Source: a virus
Length of the DNA: 64,000 bases
Direction: 5' to 3' (one strand)
IMG/VR virus record: IMGVR_UViG_3300042507_006854
Span: 64,001 to 128,000 of that record
Of this stretch, positions 1 to 10,387 are shown piece by piece. The translations under genes were made by a program, and so were the position numbers. The first letter of the stretch is position 1. Each line of letters opens with the position of its first letter. The notes beneath the pieces are model-generated. The model was not told the origin of the DNA, searched no databases, and worked only from the letters and a program-made list of their open reading frames with translations.

Positions 1-1758
1 TTTGTCAATAAAGGGGTTGCCATCGATTAAATCTCTATATTCAGGTTTTGTAGCTACATATATTTTATATTTATCATTTGAATATCTATCTCTAATAGAT
101 TCAAATAAAGATGTTACTAAAAATATATCTCCTATACTTTCAGGTTGTACAATCAAAACTCTTTTTAAATTATCATCTTTATCAAATAAGTCTTTTAGCT
201 CTGTTTTTTGAGATTCAGATAATTCTTTTGTGGCTACTTGTCTAAAATAATTTTCAATTTGTTCTCTTGGAGCTTTATTTGATAATTGTGACATCCAATA
301 TCTAAGACCCTCATCTTCATCGGGTACATTCATATCTAATATATGTTTATACATATATTTCAACCATTCCTTCTCGTCTTCAATATGTGGAATAATGGCT
401 TGTGGATTTTGTTTTTTAGAAGACTCTTCAAAATTAAAATCACTGTCATTAAGAATGTCAAGACTATCTATAAATTCTTCAATTTTTTTTCCATTCACTT
501 CAATTGAATAATTTTCTAGAGCCCATTTTCTTGACTCTATTTCTAATTGGCGCTTTTTCTTTTGATCCATGTCGTAAACTTTTTTGAAGTTTTTCGAAAG
601 ATCAAAAGCAGACGGTTGCGATTTTAAAAATTGCGTTCCATGTTCTGTATAAAAAATAAATTTAATTGGCAAGCTTCCTTTGTTATATTCAATAATATCT
701 TCTCCAAAAGAGTAGGCGGCTGTTGTGATAATCTTCTCTGTTAAAGCTGCTTCTACACATGGTAATTCGCAAGCGCCTGATGTAGCAGGATGAGAATATA
801 ATGAAAATATATTATATATCTCATTTAATTGCTCATCTGTAACACCTAAACCTACATTTACTGTAACTAAACTTTTTCTTTTAGTTATGGGATTTTCAAT
901 ATCTTGGCCATGGAATGGTGCTATAAAATATTCTCTAGTTTCTTTGCAAATATAAGTACAAAGAATTTCTCTAGGATCTACGCCATATTGCTGACATAAT
1001 CTATGAATATCCCATCCTTCTCCGTAATGAGTATGAGTGTATAGAAATGTATTTTTGATTTCTGGGTTTGCTTTTTTGAACATTGCATATGCTTCAATTT
1101 GAGTATTGATTAGCTTTCGCAATTGATTTCTAAAAACAAAGCCAATAATAAAGGAGTCTTGTGGGATTCCAAACTTGCCTTTAATTTCAGCTATTTTTTC
1201 ATCAGGTAATTTGTAAAAATTTTTAGTATCTACTAGCGGATATTGGTTTTTAACATGCGGAAACCCAAGTTTGTGAAATTCTTTTCTTGCAAAATCACTC
1301 CAAGTCCAATAATGTTGAATATCTTTTGCTTTTGTTATAGTATCTGGTAAAAGGGGTAAAGAATCAAACGTGTTCCAACATACAGTCGGAACCTTTTTAA
1401 AGAACGGCATATCTGTTACAAATTGTGAGCCCCATGTATCATTAATAGCAAAAACAATATCTGGTTTAATTTCTTTAACAATATTATTTAATTCTAATTG
1501 TCCATAAGCGGCCGCTCTAGCTAAATTAGGATCTTGATTAATTTGTTGTATTTTAGATGGATCGTTTGGTAAAGTTCCAATTGTTTGCCATGGAAATTTT
1601 TTATTTCCAGGAGAGTCTTTTGGTACGCCCTGTGCGGCATTTACTATTTCATATTTACCTGTTTTATAAAGATAAGAAAGTAAAAATTTACACTGTTTAC
1701 CAAAACCCGTAAAAGCTCCAGCGTAATCTGTTAAAAATAAAACTCTTTTTTTACGCAT
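1..1758 (-). CDS. Glycosyltransferase (GT-B/GT4-like), runs off window start
   Basis: Not in ORF track (truncated). ATG at 1758 reads MRKKRVLFLTDYAGAFTGFGKQ...; contains RNQLRK and HPATSGACELPCVEAA GT4-like motifs; same frame reads DLIDGNPFIDK at the window edge. Confidence 0.75.
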   Translation of the reverse strand, partial: MRKKRVLFLTDYAGAFTGFGKQCKFLLSYLYKTGKYEIVNAAQGVPKDSPGNKKFPWQTIGTLPNDPSKIQQINQDPNLARAAAYGQLELNNIVKEIKPDIVFAINDTWGSQFVTDMPFFKKVPTVCWNTFDSLPLLPDTITKAKDIQHYWTWSDFARKEFHKLGFPHVKNQYPLVDTKNFYKLPDEKIAEIKGKFGIPQDSFIIGFVFRNQLRKLINTQIEAYAMFKKANPEIKNTFLYTHTHYGEGWDIHRLCQQYGVDPREILCTYICKETREYFIAPFHGQDIENPITKRKSLVTVNVGLGVTDEQLNEIYNIFSLYSHPATSGACELPCVEAALTEKIITTAAYSFGEDIIEYNKGSLPIKFIFYTEHGTQFLKSQPSAFDLSKNFKKVYDMDQKKKRQLEIESRKWALENYSIEVNGKKIEEFIDSLDILNDSDFNFEESSKKQNPQAIIPHIEDEKEWLKYMYKHILDMNVPDEDEGLRYWMSQLSNKAPREQIENYFRQVATKELSESQKTELKDLFDKDDNLKRVLIVQPESIGDIFLVTSLFESIRDRYSNDKYKIYVATKPEYRDLIDGNPFIDK

Positions 1759-1767
1759 ATTAACGTA

Positions 1768-2202
1768 TTATAAATACATTTGTTGTAAAGTCAATTTTAA
1801 ATATTCCTGAAGACGAAGAGTTTCTGCAAAATTTAATGCAATACTAATGCCACCTAATTTAATCAAATAACCAACATGCTTTTCTTCACGAATAAATGGC
1901 TCTACAAAAATAGGGGTTTTTCCAGCATGAACTGTTGACCATTTTTTTTCGCCATTAGATTGTAAAACTAAAAGAGTTTCAGCAATATCATTTTCACTAA
2001 GCTTAATTCTTTTATGTTTTTCAGGATTATTAACGTTTTCTTTAAAAGTTCCGTTTTTAGTTTCTTCGTTCCATCCCGCTTGACGGATCATATTTATATA
2101 AAAACCATTCTTTTTTTGATCTTCTTGGTCTTGAGTTAATCCAAAGGTAATCCAAGAGCCAGTTACGGATTTAGTTGGTTTACAAAAATCTAATTTTTTC
2201 AT
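1768..2202 (-). CDS. Hypothetical protein, possibly nucleic-acid binding
   Basis: 144 aa ORF in tandem with neighbours. Confidence 0.55.
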   Translation of the reverse strand: MKKLDFCKPTKSVTGSWITFGLTQDQEDQKKNGFYINMIRQAGWNEETKNGTFKENVNNPEKHKRIKLSENDIAETLLVLQSNGEKKWSTVHAGKTPIFVEPFIREEKHVGYLIKLGGISIALNFAETLRLQEYLKLTLQQMYL

Positions 2203-2217
2203 AAGTTATTATATGAT

Positions 2218-2601
2218 CTATCTGTTTGAGAATCTAAGAATAAAGTCTAATACTCTTAATATTAAAAAGATTAAACCAATATATAGAATATTACCCAAAA
2301 CCAAAGAAATTATTAAAGCAGTCCAAGTCGTTAAACATATAATACAACCAAACAGTTTTAGAAAAAAACTTATAATAAAATTATTATTTATTGATCTTTT
2401 AATATATAAGAACTCAATATAACTAGTAGCTTGCGTTTCGGTATCTGTAAAAAATTCTTCGATCAATAACCAATCATAAATCTTTTTAGGAAAGATAAAT
2501 TTTAAGGCTTTTGCATAATACGCAAAAAAATCTGAATAAAACCATAAATACATTAACCATGATCCGACACAACAGAGTAAAATTAAATATAAGCTTGACA
2601 T
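2218..2601 (-). CDS. Membrane protein
   Basis: Hydrophobic segments, CxxC-like CIIC. Confidence 0.55.
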   Translation of the reverse strand: MSSLYLILLCCVGSWLMYLWFYSDFFAYYAKALKFIFPKKIYDWLLIEEFFTDTETQATSYIEFLYIKRSINNNFIISFFLKLFGCIICLTTWTALIISLVLGNILYIGLIFLILRVLDFILRFSNR

Positions 2602-2757
2602 AAGTATAAAAAAAGTTAAAGTAAAGGAACATTTCTATTTCGAAACCTCACTTCGTTCGGCTTCGATTTGTTCGCTTTGCTCACAAAATTATATTTCTTT
2701 TTTTGAAAAAATCTAATATATCTTGACTTGTAATTCAAAATTTATTATCGTTATTTA

Positions 2758-3357
2758 ATGGTAAAAGATTTAAAAAAACATTCTGATAATCAGTTAATTA
2801 ATAAAGTTAAAAAAAATAATTGCAATGATAGTCTCAAAGAGCTTGTAGATCGTCATAGTGGAATGATTTTTAATATGGGGAAAAAATATTGCCCATCTTG
2901 TAATCTAGATTTAAATGATTTAAGTGGTAACAAATATTGGATTATATTTAATGCAATCCAATCTTATGATTCAGAAAAAGGGAGTAAATTTTCTACTTGG
3001 TTAGGTAATCAAATAAGATTCTTTTGTTTAAACCATAAAAATAAAAATACGAAACTTATACCAACAGAAAATGATTCTTTAGAATTTTTTCTTAATGACT
3101 TCTTAAAAAAAGAAAATACCTCAAATAAGAAAGAAGTTATAGACAAAATTATTGATTTATTTAATCAAATTTCAGATCCAAATACTAAAAATGCTATTTA
3201 CTATAGATATTTTTATAACAAAGAACGCATTTTAAATTATGCAGAAATTGCTGAAATCTTGAAAGTTACTCCTCAAACAGTTCTTAATTGGCATAATAAA
3301 TTTATTAGGCTTGCACAAAAAAAATTGACAAACAAATCATCTATTGATATTATATAA
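2758..3357 (+). CDS. Sigma-70 family RNA polymerase sigma factor
   Basis: Region 2 (YDSEKGSKFSTWL) and region 4 HTH (YAEIAEILKVTPQTV). Confidence 0.85.
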   Translation: MVKDLKKHSDNQLINKVKKNNCNDSLKELVDRHSGMIFNMGKKYCPSCNLDLNDLSGNKYWIIFNAIQSYDSEKGSKFSTWLGNQIRFFCLNHKNKNTKLIPTENDSLEFFLNDFLKKENTSNKKEVIDKIIDLFNQISDPNTKNAIYYRYFYNKERILNYAEIAEILKVTPQTVLNWHNKFIRLAQKKLTNKSSIDII

Positions 3358-3362
3358 AAATT

Positions 3363-3668
3363 ATGGATAACAATGATAAAACTAAACTCGAAGAAGCTGG
3401 TGCCTTTTGGATCAAGACTTCTAAAACTGGAAACCAATTTCTTACCGGAAAAGTAAAATCAAAGTCTGGGGAAGAAATTAGTGTTATGGTATTTAAGAAT
3501 AAATATAAAACTGAAGGGTCTAATCAACCTGATTACAGAATTTATTTTGATAACGGTCCTCAAAAAGTTAGCATTTCTACTACGAAAGCGGAAGAGGCGC
3601 CTAAAAAACAAAAAGCCCTTCCTAAAAAGGAAGAGTCTGCACCAAAAAACGAAGAAATTCCATTTTAA
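3363..3668 (+). CDS. DUF736-like / putative ssDNA-binding protein
   Basis: GAFW..SKTG..FLTG, PDYRIY, acidic EEIPF tail. Confidence 0.6.
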   Translation: MDNNDKTKLEEAGAFWIKTSKTGNQFLTGKVKSKSGEEISVMVFKNKYKTEGSNQPDYRIYFDNGPQKVSISTTKAEEAPKKQKALPKKEESAPKNEEIPF

Positions 3669-3671
3669 GCT

Positions 3672-4763
3672 GTGGCTAAATTAGCATTTAATTTACCTAT
3701 TAATTCAACCTCTTTGGGTCAAGTCTCTCTCTGTATTTTAAGAGAACTCTTTCAAAGAGGTCTGGACATTAATTTATTTCCCATTGGGGGCGTTGACATT
3801 TCAAGTCAAAATCAAGATCCAAAATTTTTTGAATGGATTCAAAAATCTATTAATGAAAGTCAAAAAAGTCATAATAGAAATACCCCAATTTTTAAATTAT
3901 GGCATTTAACTGGGAGTTTAGAAAGTTTTTCTCAAAAACAAGTTCTTTTAACTTTTTATGAGGTTGATTCTCCTACAACTACAGAAATTAATATAGTAAA
4001 AAATAATGCAAAAGTATTATTGTCAAGCAATTACGGAATTTCAATTTTTAAAAATTTTGATATAGAAAATGTTGATTTTCTTCCATTAGGGTTTGATAAT
4101 ATACATTTTCAAAAAGTTAATAATGATAAAAAGAAAGACGGTATTCATTTTGGTCTGTTTGGAAAGTTAGAGCCACAAAGAAAAAGACATTTAAAAACTC
4201 TTCAAGCTTGGGCTAAAAAATATGGTAATAAACACGGATACTTTTTAAACTGTGCTTTATTTAATCCATTTATGGATCCAAATATGCAGTCCCAAATTAT
4301 TGGACAAGCTTTAGGTAATCAAAAATATTGGAATATAAACTTTTTGGGCTATATGCAGTCTAATTCAATGTATAACGATTTATTAAATAATACTGATATT
4401 GTTCTTGCAATGAGCGGAGGAGAGGGGTGGGGGTTACCCGAATTTCAGTGTGTAGCAATGGGTAAACATTGTATTGGTTTAAACGCCCATGCATACAAAG
4501 AATGGATGACAGAAGAAAATTCTGTACTAATTAGTCCTGCAAATAAAATTCCAGTGTATGATAATTTCTTTTTTAAACAAGGTATGGACTTTAATCAAGG
4601 AAATATTTTCGATTGGAATGAAGAAGACTTTTTAGAAGGTCTAGACAAAGTTGTTGAAAAATTTAATAAAAACCCCGAGAACATTTCTGGGCTAAAATTA
4701 CAAGAAAAATTTTCTTATAAAAAAATGGTAGATAAAATTCTAGAAATATTAGAAAAAGTATGA
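3672..4763 (+). CDS. Glycosyltransferase family 4
   Basis: SGGEGWGLPEFQCVAMG motif. Confidence 0.85.
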   Translation: MAKLAFNLPINSTSLGQVSLCILRELFQRGLDINLFPIGGVDISSQNQDPKFFEWIQKSINESQKSHNRNTPIFKLWHLTGSLESFSQKQVLLTFYEVDSPTTTEINIVKNNAKVLLSSNYGISIFKNFDIENVDFLPLGFDNIHFQKVNNDKKKDGIHFGLFGKLEPQRKRHLKTLQAWAKKYGNKHGYFLNCALFNPFMDPNMQSQIIGQALGNQKYWNINFLGYMQSNSMYNDLLNNTDIVLAMSGGEGWGLPEFQCVAMGKHCIGLNAHAYKEWMTEENSVLISPANKIPVYDNFFFKQGMDFNQGNIFDWNEEDFLEGLDKVVEKFNKNPENISGLKLQEKFSYKKMVDKILEILEKV

Positions 4764-4912
4764 ATTTAAATAATCTAACACCAGCCTCTTTAGGAGAAAA
4801 AATTAAATTTAAAGATGGTACAGAATATATGCGTATGCCAAATGGCGAATTACGTAGAATGTCTCCTAAGGCGGTTCAAATTAGAAAAATGAATAAAAAA
4901 CAAGTAAAATAA
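4760..4912 (+). CDS. Small basic hypothetical protein (50 aa)
   Basis: ATGA-overlapping ORF filling the gap between flanking genes. Confidence 0.45.
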   Translation: MNLNNLTPASLGEKIKFKDGTEYMRMPNGELRRMSPKAVQIRKMNKKQVK

Positions 4913-4916
4913 GGAT

Positions 4917-5255
4917 ATGCCTTATTATTTGTTTAGCCATCCAGAAACCGAAGAAATACGTGAAATATTTTTTCATATGAATGATGAAAAAGTATATATT
5001 GACGAGAATGGTTTAAAATGGAGTCGTGAATTTATTGTTCCACAAGCTAGTATGGATACAAATATAGATCCATATTCTAAACGTGCTTTTATGGATAAAA
5101 CAAATAAAGCTGGAACATTTGGTGAAATGATGGATCTTTCAAAAGAATTAAGTGAAAAACGTGGTGGTATTAAAAATGATCCAGTTAAAAAAGAGTATGT
5201 TAAAAATTGGAAGACGAAAAGAAAATTAAAACATACACCAAAAGCGATTCAATAA
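4917..5255 (+). CDS. FmdB-like small phage protein
   Basis: MPYYLF N-terminus typical of the family; Cys ligands absent. Confidence 0.45.
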   Translation: MPYYLFSHPETEEIREIFFHMNDEKVYIDENGLKWSREFIVPQASMDTNIDPYSKRAFMDKTNKAGTFGEMMDLSKELSEKRGGIKNDPVKKEYVKNWKTKRKLKHTPKAIQ

Positions 5256-5327
5256 ATATTTTTTATTTTGAAAATTTTTTAATTTTTGCATCGTAAATCA
5301 TATTGATGTATAATTAATATTACTAAA

Positions 5328-7307
5328 ATGAGTACAGAAATTATTTCAGAAAAATTTGCAAACAAATACGTAAACAAACAACCGAATTGGGGTTTTAATG
5401 GTTTAGGGTATATTGTTTATAAAAGGACTTACGCTCGCCTTAAAGATGACGGCAAAACAGAGGAATGGCATGAAACTATTCGTCGTTGCATAAATGGTGC
5501 TCAAAAAATTGGTGCAAACTATACCCAAGAAGAAGCCGAGCAACTTTTTGATTTAATTTTTAATTTAAAATGTAATTTTGCAGGCCGTATGCTTTGGCAA
5601 CTTGGTACTCCAACAATTGATCGTTTTGGAGCGAACTCTCTTCTTAATTGTTGGAATGTTAGTATTAATAGTATTAAATCATTTCTGTTTCTTTTTGAAA
5701 ATCTAATGCTCGGTGGAGGGGTAGGGTTCTCTATTCGTCGTGAAGATATTCATGAATTGCCAAGAGTCAAAAAAGGGGTAAATATAATTCATAAGAATAC
5801 TAAAGACGCGGATTTTATTGTCTCCGATAGTAGAGAGGGGTGGATCCGTCTTTTAGAAAATGTCTTTAACGCATTTTATACGACAGGTAAATCTTTTAAT
5901 TATTCGACAATTCTTATTCGTGGCGCTGGAGAAAGAATCGGCGGGTTTGGTGGTATTGCAAGTGGTCCACAAATTCTTATTGATGGCATAGAAAAAATTA
6001 ATAAAATCTTTCAAACAAGAGAAGGTAAAAAACTTCGTTCTGTTGATGTTCTAGATATTTGTAATATTATAGGTGGAATTGTCGTTTCTGGAAATGTTCG
6101 TAGAAGCGCACAAATTGCGATTGGAGATCCAGACGATTATCTTTTCTTAAGAGCGAAAAATTGGTCTTTAGGAAATATCCCAAACTGGAGAGCTATGTCT
6201 AATAATACAATTTATGCAGATGATTTCTCTCATATTTCTAATGAGATATGGAGTAATGGTTATGTATTAGATTCTGAAACTGGTTTTGCAAAAGGTGAGC
6301 CATATGGATTTTTTAATCTTCCACTCTCACAAAAATATGGAAGACTTAAAGACGGGCCAATGAAAGATAGTAATCTTTATCCAACAGATGAAGATAATGT
6401 CGTTGGAACAAATCCTTGCGGTGAAATTAGTCTTGCTTCATATGAGTGTTGTAATCTTTCCGAATTGTATTTGAATAATATAACTTCTAAAGAAGAACTG
6501 ATTCTCTGTGCAAAGCTTTTATATAAAACACAAAAAGCTATTGCAGCATTACCTTTTATTCACGAAGAAACGAATAAAATTGTACATAAAAATATGCGCC
6601 TAGGTCTTGGCGTGACCGGAATTTGCCAATCTCTTAACAAAATTGATTGGCTTGATGCCTGTTATAAAGAGCTTCGTAAATTCGATAAAGAATGGAGTAA
6701 AGAACGTGGCTGGAATCGTAGTATTAAATTAACAACAGTTAAACCAAGTGGAACACTTAGTCTTTTGGCAGGGGCAACTCCAGGTGTTCATCCAGCGTAT
6801 TCTAAATATTATACTCGTAGAATTCGTATGGCAAGTAACGATCCTCTTGTAAGTTATTGTAGAGACCTAGGATATTATATAGAATATGTCGTAAATTTCG
6901 ATGGTTCTGAAAATCATGATACCGTGGTTGTAGAGTTTCCTTGCGAAACTCCAGACGGAGCATTATTTGCTGATGATATGGGTGTTATTAAACAGCTTGA
7001 TATGGTAAAAAAACTTCAAGAGGTTTGGTCAGATAACGCTGTTAGCGTTACAGCTTATTATAGCGAAGAAGAATTATCGGCCTTAAAACAATGGCTTTCA
7101 GACAATTATGAAAATGGGATTAAATCTGTAAGCTTCCTATTAAGACAAAAGCATGGGTTTAAACAGGCCCCATATGAAGAAATAACTAAAGAGCAATATG
7201 AGAATAAGAAATCTAAAGTAAAATCAATTATTAATATTAATCATAATATTGGAAATGAAGCTTTGGAGGGAATTGAATGTGAAGGCGGTGCTTGTCCAAT
7301 TAAATAA
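5328..7307 (+). CDS. nrdJ: Class II (AdoCbl-dependent) ribonucleotide reductase
   Basis: TNPCGEI, CNLSE, VKPSGTLS, C-terminal CEGGACPIK. Confidence 0.92.
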   Translation: MSTEIISEKFANKYVNKQPNWGFNGLGYIVYKRTYARLKDDGKTEEWHETIRRCINGAQKIGANYTQEEAEQLFDLIFNLKCNFAGRMLWQLGTPTIDRFGANSLLNCWNVSINSIKSFLFLFENLMLGGGVGFSIRREDIHELPRVKKGVNIIHKNTKDADFIVSDSREGWIRLLENVFNAFYTTGKSFNYSTILIRGAGERIGGFGGIASGPQILIDGIEKINKIFQTREGKKLRSVDVLDICNIIGGIVVSGNVRRSAQIAIGDPDDYLFLRAKNWSLGNIPNWRAMSNNTIYADDFSHISNEIWSNGYVLDSETGFAKGEPYGFFNLPLSQKYGRLKDGPMKDSNLYPTDEDNVVGTNPCGEISLASYECCNLSELYLNNITSKEELILCAKLLYKTQKAIAALPFIHEETNKIVHKNMRLGLGVTGICQSLNKIDWLDACYKELRKFDKEWSKERGWNRSIKLTTVKPSGTLSLLAGATPGVHPAYSKYYTRRIRMASNDPLVSYCRDLGYYIEYVVNFDGSENHDTVVVEFPCETPDGALFADDMGVIKQLDMVKKLQEVWSDNAVSVTAYYSEEELSALKQWLSDNYENGIKSVSFLLRQKHGFKQAPYEEITKEQYENKKSKVKSIININHNIGNEALEGIECEGGACPIK

Positions 7308-7735
7308 TGAAAGATAAAGATATACATAAACATTTACGAGATTCAATGGATGAAACATTGGAAAAAAAGTTTATGCAAAATCTTCAATGGTCAATGTTAT
7401 TTTTCTGTTTTAATCAAATTGCGAACCATATAAATGAAGAAAATAATTTTAAAAAAAAATATGTTCATCAAGAATTTATAAAAACATGGAAAAAATTTGC
7501 TAATCAAAATATCTCAAGCGTAGATTTAAAAATTATTAATGATATTTTAAATTCTCCTAAAAATGTTTTTTACTCAGCGCTTCAAAATAATAACGAAATT
7601 AGCGAAAGCACCGAAATATATCAAGAAAAATATAATAATATATTAAATAAAATTGAAAAATTTTTTTTAAATACTTTAAATAATGAGAAAAATTTTGAAT
7701 CTCCAGAAGAAGACGACGATAATAAATATGCGTAA
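7307..7735 (+). CDS. Hypothetical protein
   Basis: 142 aa ORF in operon. Confidence 0.55.
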   Translation: MKDKDIHKHLRDSMDETLEKKFMQNLQWSMLFFCFNQIANHINEENNFKKKYVHQEFIKTWKKFANQNISSVDLKIINDILNSPKNVFYSALQNNNEISESTEIYQEKYNNILNKIEKFFLNTLNNEKNFESPEEDDDNKYA

Positions 7736-8759
7736 AAAAGTTCTTATTACAGGCGTTACGGGCCAAGATGGTAGTTACATGGCAGATTTTCTACTAGAGA
7801 ATACTGATTATGAAATTTATGGAATGGTGAGAAGGGCTTCTACAAATAATTATCATAATATAAAACATTTATTAGATAACCCTAGATTTAAATTAATCAC
7901 TGGAGATTTAACAGACTCACAATCTATTGATAACATTGTTAGAGACGCGCAACCAGATTATTTTATAAATTTAGCTGCCCAAAGTTTTGTTGGAGCGTCT
8001 TGGCAAATACCCGAACAAACCTTTGATATAGATGCTGTTGGTGTTATTAGATGTTTAGAAGCCGTCAGAAAACACGCCCCAAATTGTAGATTTTATAACG
8101 CAGGATCTTCGGAAGAATTAGGAAACGTAGATTATAGTCCACAAGATGAAAAACACCCCTTAAAACCAAGAAGTCCTTACGGGGCAGCGAAAGCTGCTGC
8201 TAGACATATTGTAAAAGTTTATAGGGAAAGTTATAATCTTTTTGCAATTCAAGGGTTATTATACAATCATGAGAGCCCAAGGCGTGGAGAAGAATTTGTC
8301 ACAAGAAAAATTACAAAAGAAATTGCTAAGATTAAAAAAGCTTTAGATCATGGTTATGATTTTGAACCGCTAGAATTAGGCAATATTTATGCTAAAAGAG
8401 ATTGGAGCCATGCAAAAGATTTTGTTCGTGGCATTTGGATGATGTTAAATCAAGATACCCCTGTAGAATATTTATTATCTTCCGGAGAAACTCATACAGT
8501 AAAAGAATTTCTTGAAAAAGCCTTTGAACATGTAAGTATCAAAGGGGATTGGGTTGGGTCAGGAATAGAAGAAAAATTAATTTATAAAAATCAAATACTT
8601 GTACAGATTAATTCACAATTTTACAGACCAGCCGAAGTTGATTTATTGCTTGGAAATCCTACTCAAGCTGTAACAAAACTAGGGTGGAAACCAGAAATTT
8701 CTTTTGAAAATTTAGTTAAAGAAATGGTAGATTGGGATAATTTAAATCTGAATGTGTAA
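7728..8759 (+). CDS. gmd: GDP-mannose 4,6-dehydratase
   Basis: ITGVTGQDGSY, PRSPYGAAK, NHESPRRG, RPAEVDLL; start moved to MRKKVL. Confidence 0.93.
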   Translation: MRKKVLITGVTGQDGSYMADFLLENTDYEIYGMVRRASTNNYHNIKHLLDNPRFKLITGDLTDSQSIDNIVRDAQPDYFINLAAQSFVGASWQIPEQTFDIDAVGVIRCLEAVRKHAPNCRFYNAGSSEELGNVDYSPQDEKHPLKPRSPYGAAKAAARHIVKVYRESYNLFAIQGLLYNHESPRRGEEFVTRKITKEIAKIKKALDHGYDFEPLELGNIYAKRDWSHAKDFVRGIWMMLNQDTPVEYLLSSGETHTVKEFLEKAFEHVSIKGDWVGSGIEEKLIYKNQILVQINSQFYRPAEVDLLLGNPTQAVTKLGWKPEISFENLVKEMVDWDNLNLNV

Positions 8760-8770
8760 TAATATTTATT

Positions 8771-8977
8771 ATGGAAGAAACAGTTCAAATCATAACACCG
8801 GCAGACAAATTTAATCACTGTAAGCATCGTTCCCCAGAAGAAGAAAGTAGGGTAATTAAAAGATGCTCTTGTCAAGGTGGAGACTATGTTGACAAAGGTT
8901 ATTTTTGTCACAAAAGGCAAATTTTTAAACTAGGGGCACAAATTTGTGAAATCTGCGAACTTTTCGAGTCTAAATAA
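8771..8977 (+). CDS. Small Cys-rich protein
   Basis: Six Cys in 68 aa; GTGTAA motif upstream. Confidence 0.55.
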   Translation: MEETVQIITPADKFNHCKHRSPEEESRVIKRCSCQGGDYVDKGYFCHKRQIFKLGAQICEICELFESK

Positions 8978-9314
8978 AAAAGAGTTTGTTAAAAAATTCT
9001 TAAAAGACACAAATAATATTATTTGGCCAAAAGAAATGAAAATGGTCAAAAGTTTATTTAAAATTTTTCCAAATGAAAATTTTTGGAAAGGCTTAACGCT
9101 TAATTTTCAACTAAATAGTTTATGTTGGTTTTTATCCGATGACGGAAGAAAATTTCTTAATAAAGAATATAAAAAATTTAATTTAGAATTGCCAGAAATA
9201 AAAACTTTTGAAGTAGATAATAATAATATTGCATTCGAAAACAAATCGTCATATGATTTAGATAAAGCTCTCAATCTAAGAGAGTTCTTAAATTTATGGC
9301 AAAAGAAACTATAG
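8946..9314 (+). CDS. Hypothetical protein
   Basis: ORF in operon, start uncertain. Confidence 0.5.
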   Translation: MKSANFSSLNKKEFVKKFLKDTNNIIWPKEMKMVKSLFKIFPNENFWKGLTLNFQLNSLCWFLSDDGRKFLNKEYKKFNLELPEIKTFEVDNNNIAFENKSSYDLDKALNLREFLNLWQKKL

Positions 9315-10387
9315 GCGGCAAAAGCATATTATCTTCACATTTAAAAGATAATAAAGACAGTCATTATAATTTTGAAGATGAAAAAATCTTTCATATTTCA
9401 ACGGGATCTTTGCTTTTAGATTCTGAACTTAGCGGGTCGTTAGAAGTTCCAGCGATTGTTCGCTTTACCGGAGTAAGCGGTGGCGGAAAAACAAGCGCCG
9501 CGCTTCTTATAATGAAGAATTTTCTTAAAACCGTCCCAAACTCTAAAGGCTTCTTAGTTAAAGCCGAGGGGCGTTTAAATTCAAACGTCAAAAAAATTTC
9601 TGGAGTAGATTTTGTTGATAAGCCAGAAGAGTGGGATAATGGAAAATGTTTTGTTTTGCGCTCGAATGTTTACGAAAATATTGCCACGCTTATTCTAGAG
9701 TTGATTCAAAATAATCCAGAAAATACTCGATACTACTTTCTCATTGATAGTATGGATGCACTCATTTCTAAAAATGACTTAAGTAAAGGTTTTGACGATA
9801 GCGCTAAAGTTGCAGCTGGGGCTGTACTTACTTCAAATTTTCTCCGGAGAATAATGTTGCCGTTATCTACCTTTGGACATATTTGCGGTCTTATTTCGCA
9901 AGTTCGTTCTAACGTTCAAATTAATCCATACGCTAAAGGAGATCCAAAATTAACCAATAGCTCTGGCGGTAACGCATTACAACATTATGCTGATTGGATT
10001 TTTGAATTCCAGCCAAGATATAAATCAGATCAAATTATTGAAGATGGAAAAATTATTGGCCATTGGTCGAAGATTCTACTTAGAAAAACAACAAACGAAA
10101 AAGATGGTGTAGAAGTTACCTATCCAATTAAGCATGGAAGAAGTGACGGTAAAAGCATTTGGACAGAATATGAAATTGCTGATATGCTTATCCAATGGGG
10201 TTTTGCAAAAAAATCTGGAGCATGGATTGCTTTTGACGAAGGTTTAATCAAGGATATTAAAGAAGATGTCAAAGAAAATTGCCCTGATAAAATTCAAGGA
10301 ATGGATCAACTTAGAACATTTTTAGAAGAAAATAATAAAATATGTAATTATTTATTCAATAAATTTAAAGCTGCATTTGCTAAATGA
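9296..10387 (+). CDS. RecA/UvsX-like recombinase
   Basis: Walker A GVSGGGKT, IDSMDAL, SQVR, SGGNALQHYAD. Confidence 0.88.
   Translation: MAKETIGGKSILSSHLKDNKDSHYNFEDEKIFHISTGSLLLDSELSGSLEVPAIVRFTGVSGGGKTSAALLIMKNFLKTVPNSKGFLVKAEGRLNSNVKKISGVDFVDKPEEWDNGKCFVLRSNVYENIATLILELIQNNPENTRYYFLIDSMDALISKNDLSKGFDDSAKVAAGAVLTSNFLRRIMLPLSTFGHICGLISQVRSNVQINPYAKGDPKLTNSSGGNALQHYADWIFEFQPRYKSDQIIEDGKIIGHWSKILLRKTTNEKDGVEVTYPIKHGRSDGKSIWTEYEIADMLIQWGFAKKSGAWIAFDEGLIKDIKEDVKENCPDKIQGMDQLRTFLEENNKICNYLFNKFKAAFAK

Noticed and set aside
2-211. Short ORFs antisense to or nested in long genes (e.g. 2-211, 16406-17050, 21665-23895, 37436-37822)
   Set aside because: They overlap well-supported genes and lack motifs.
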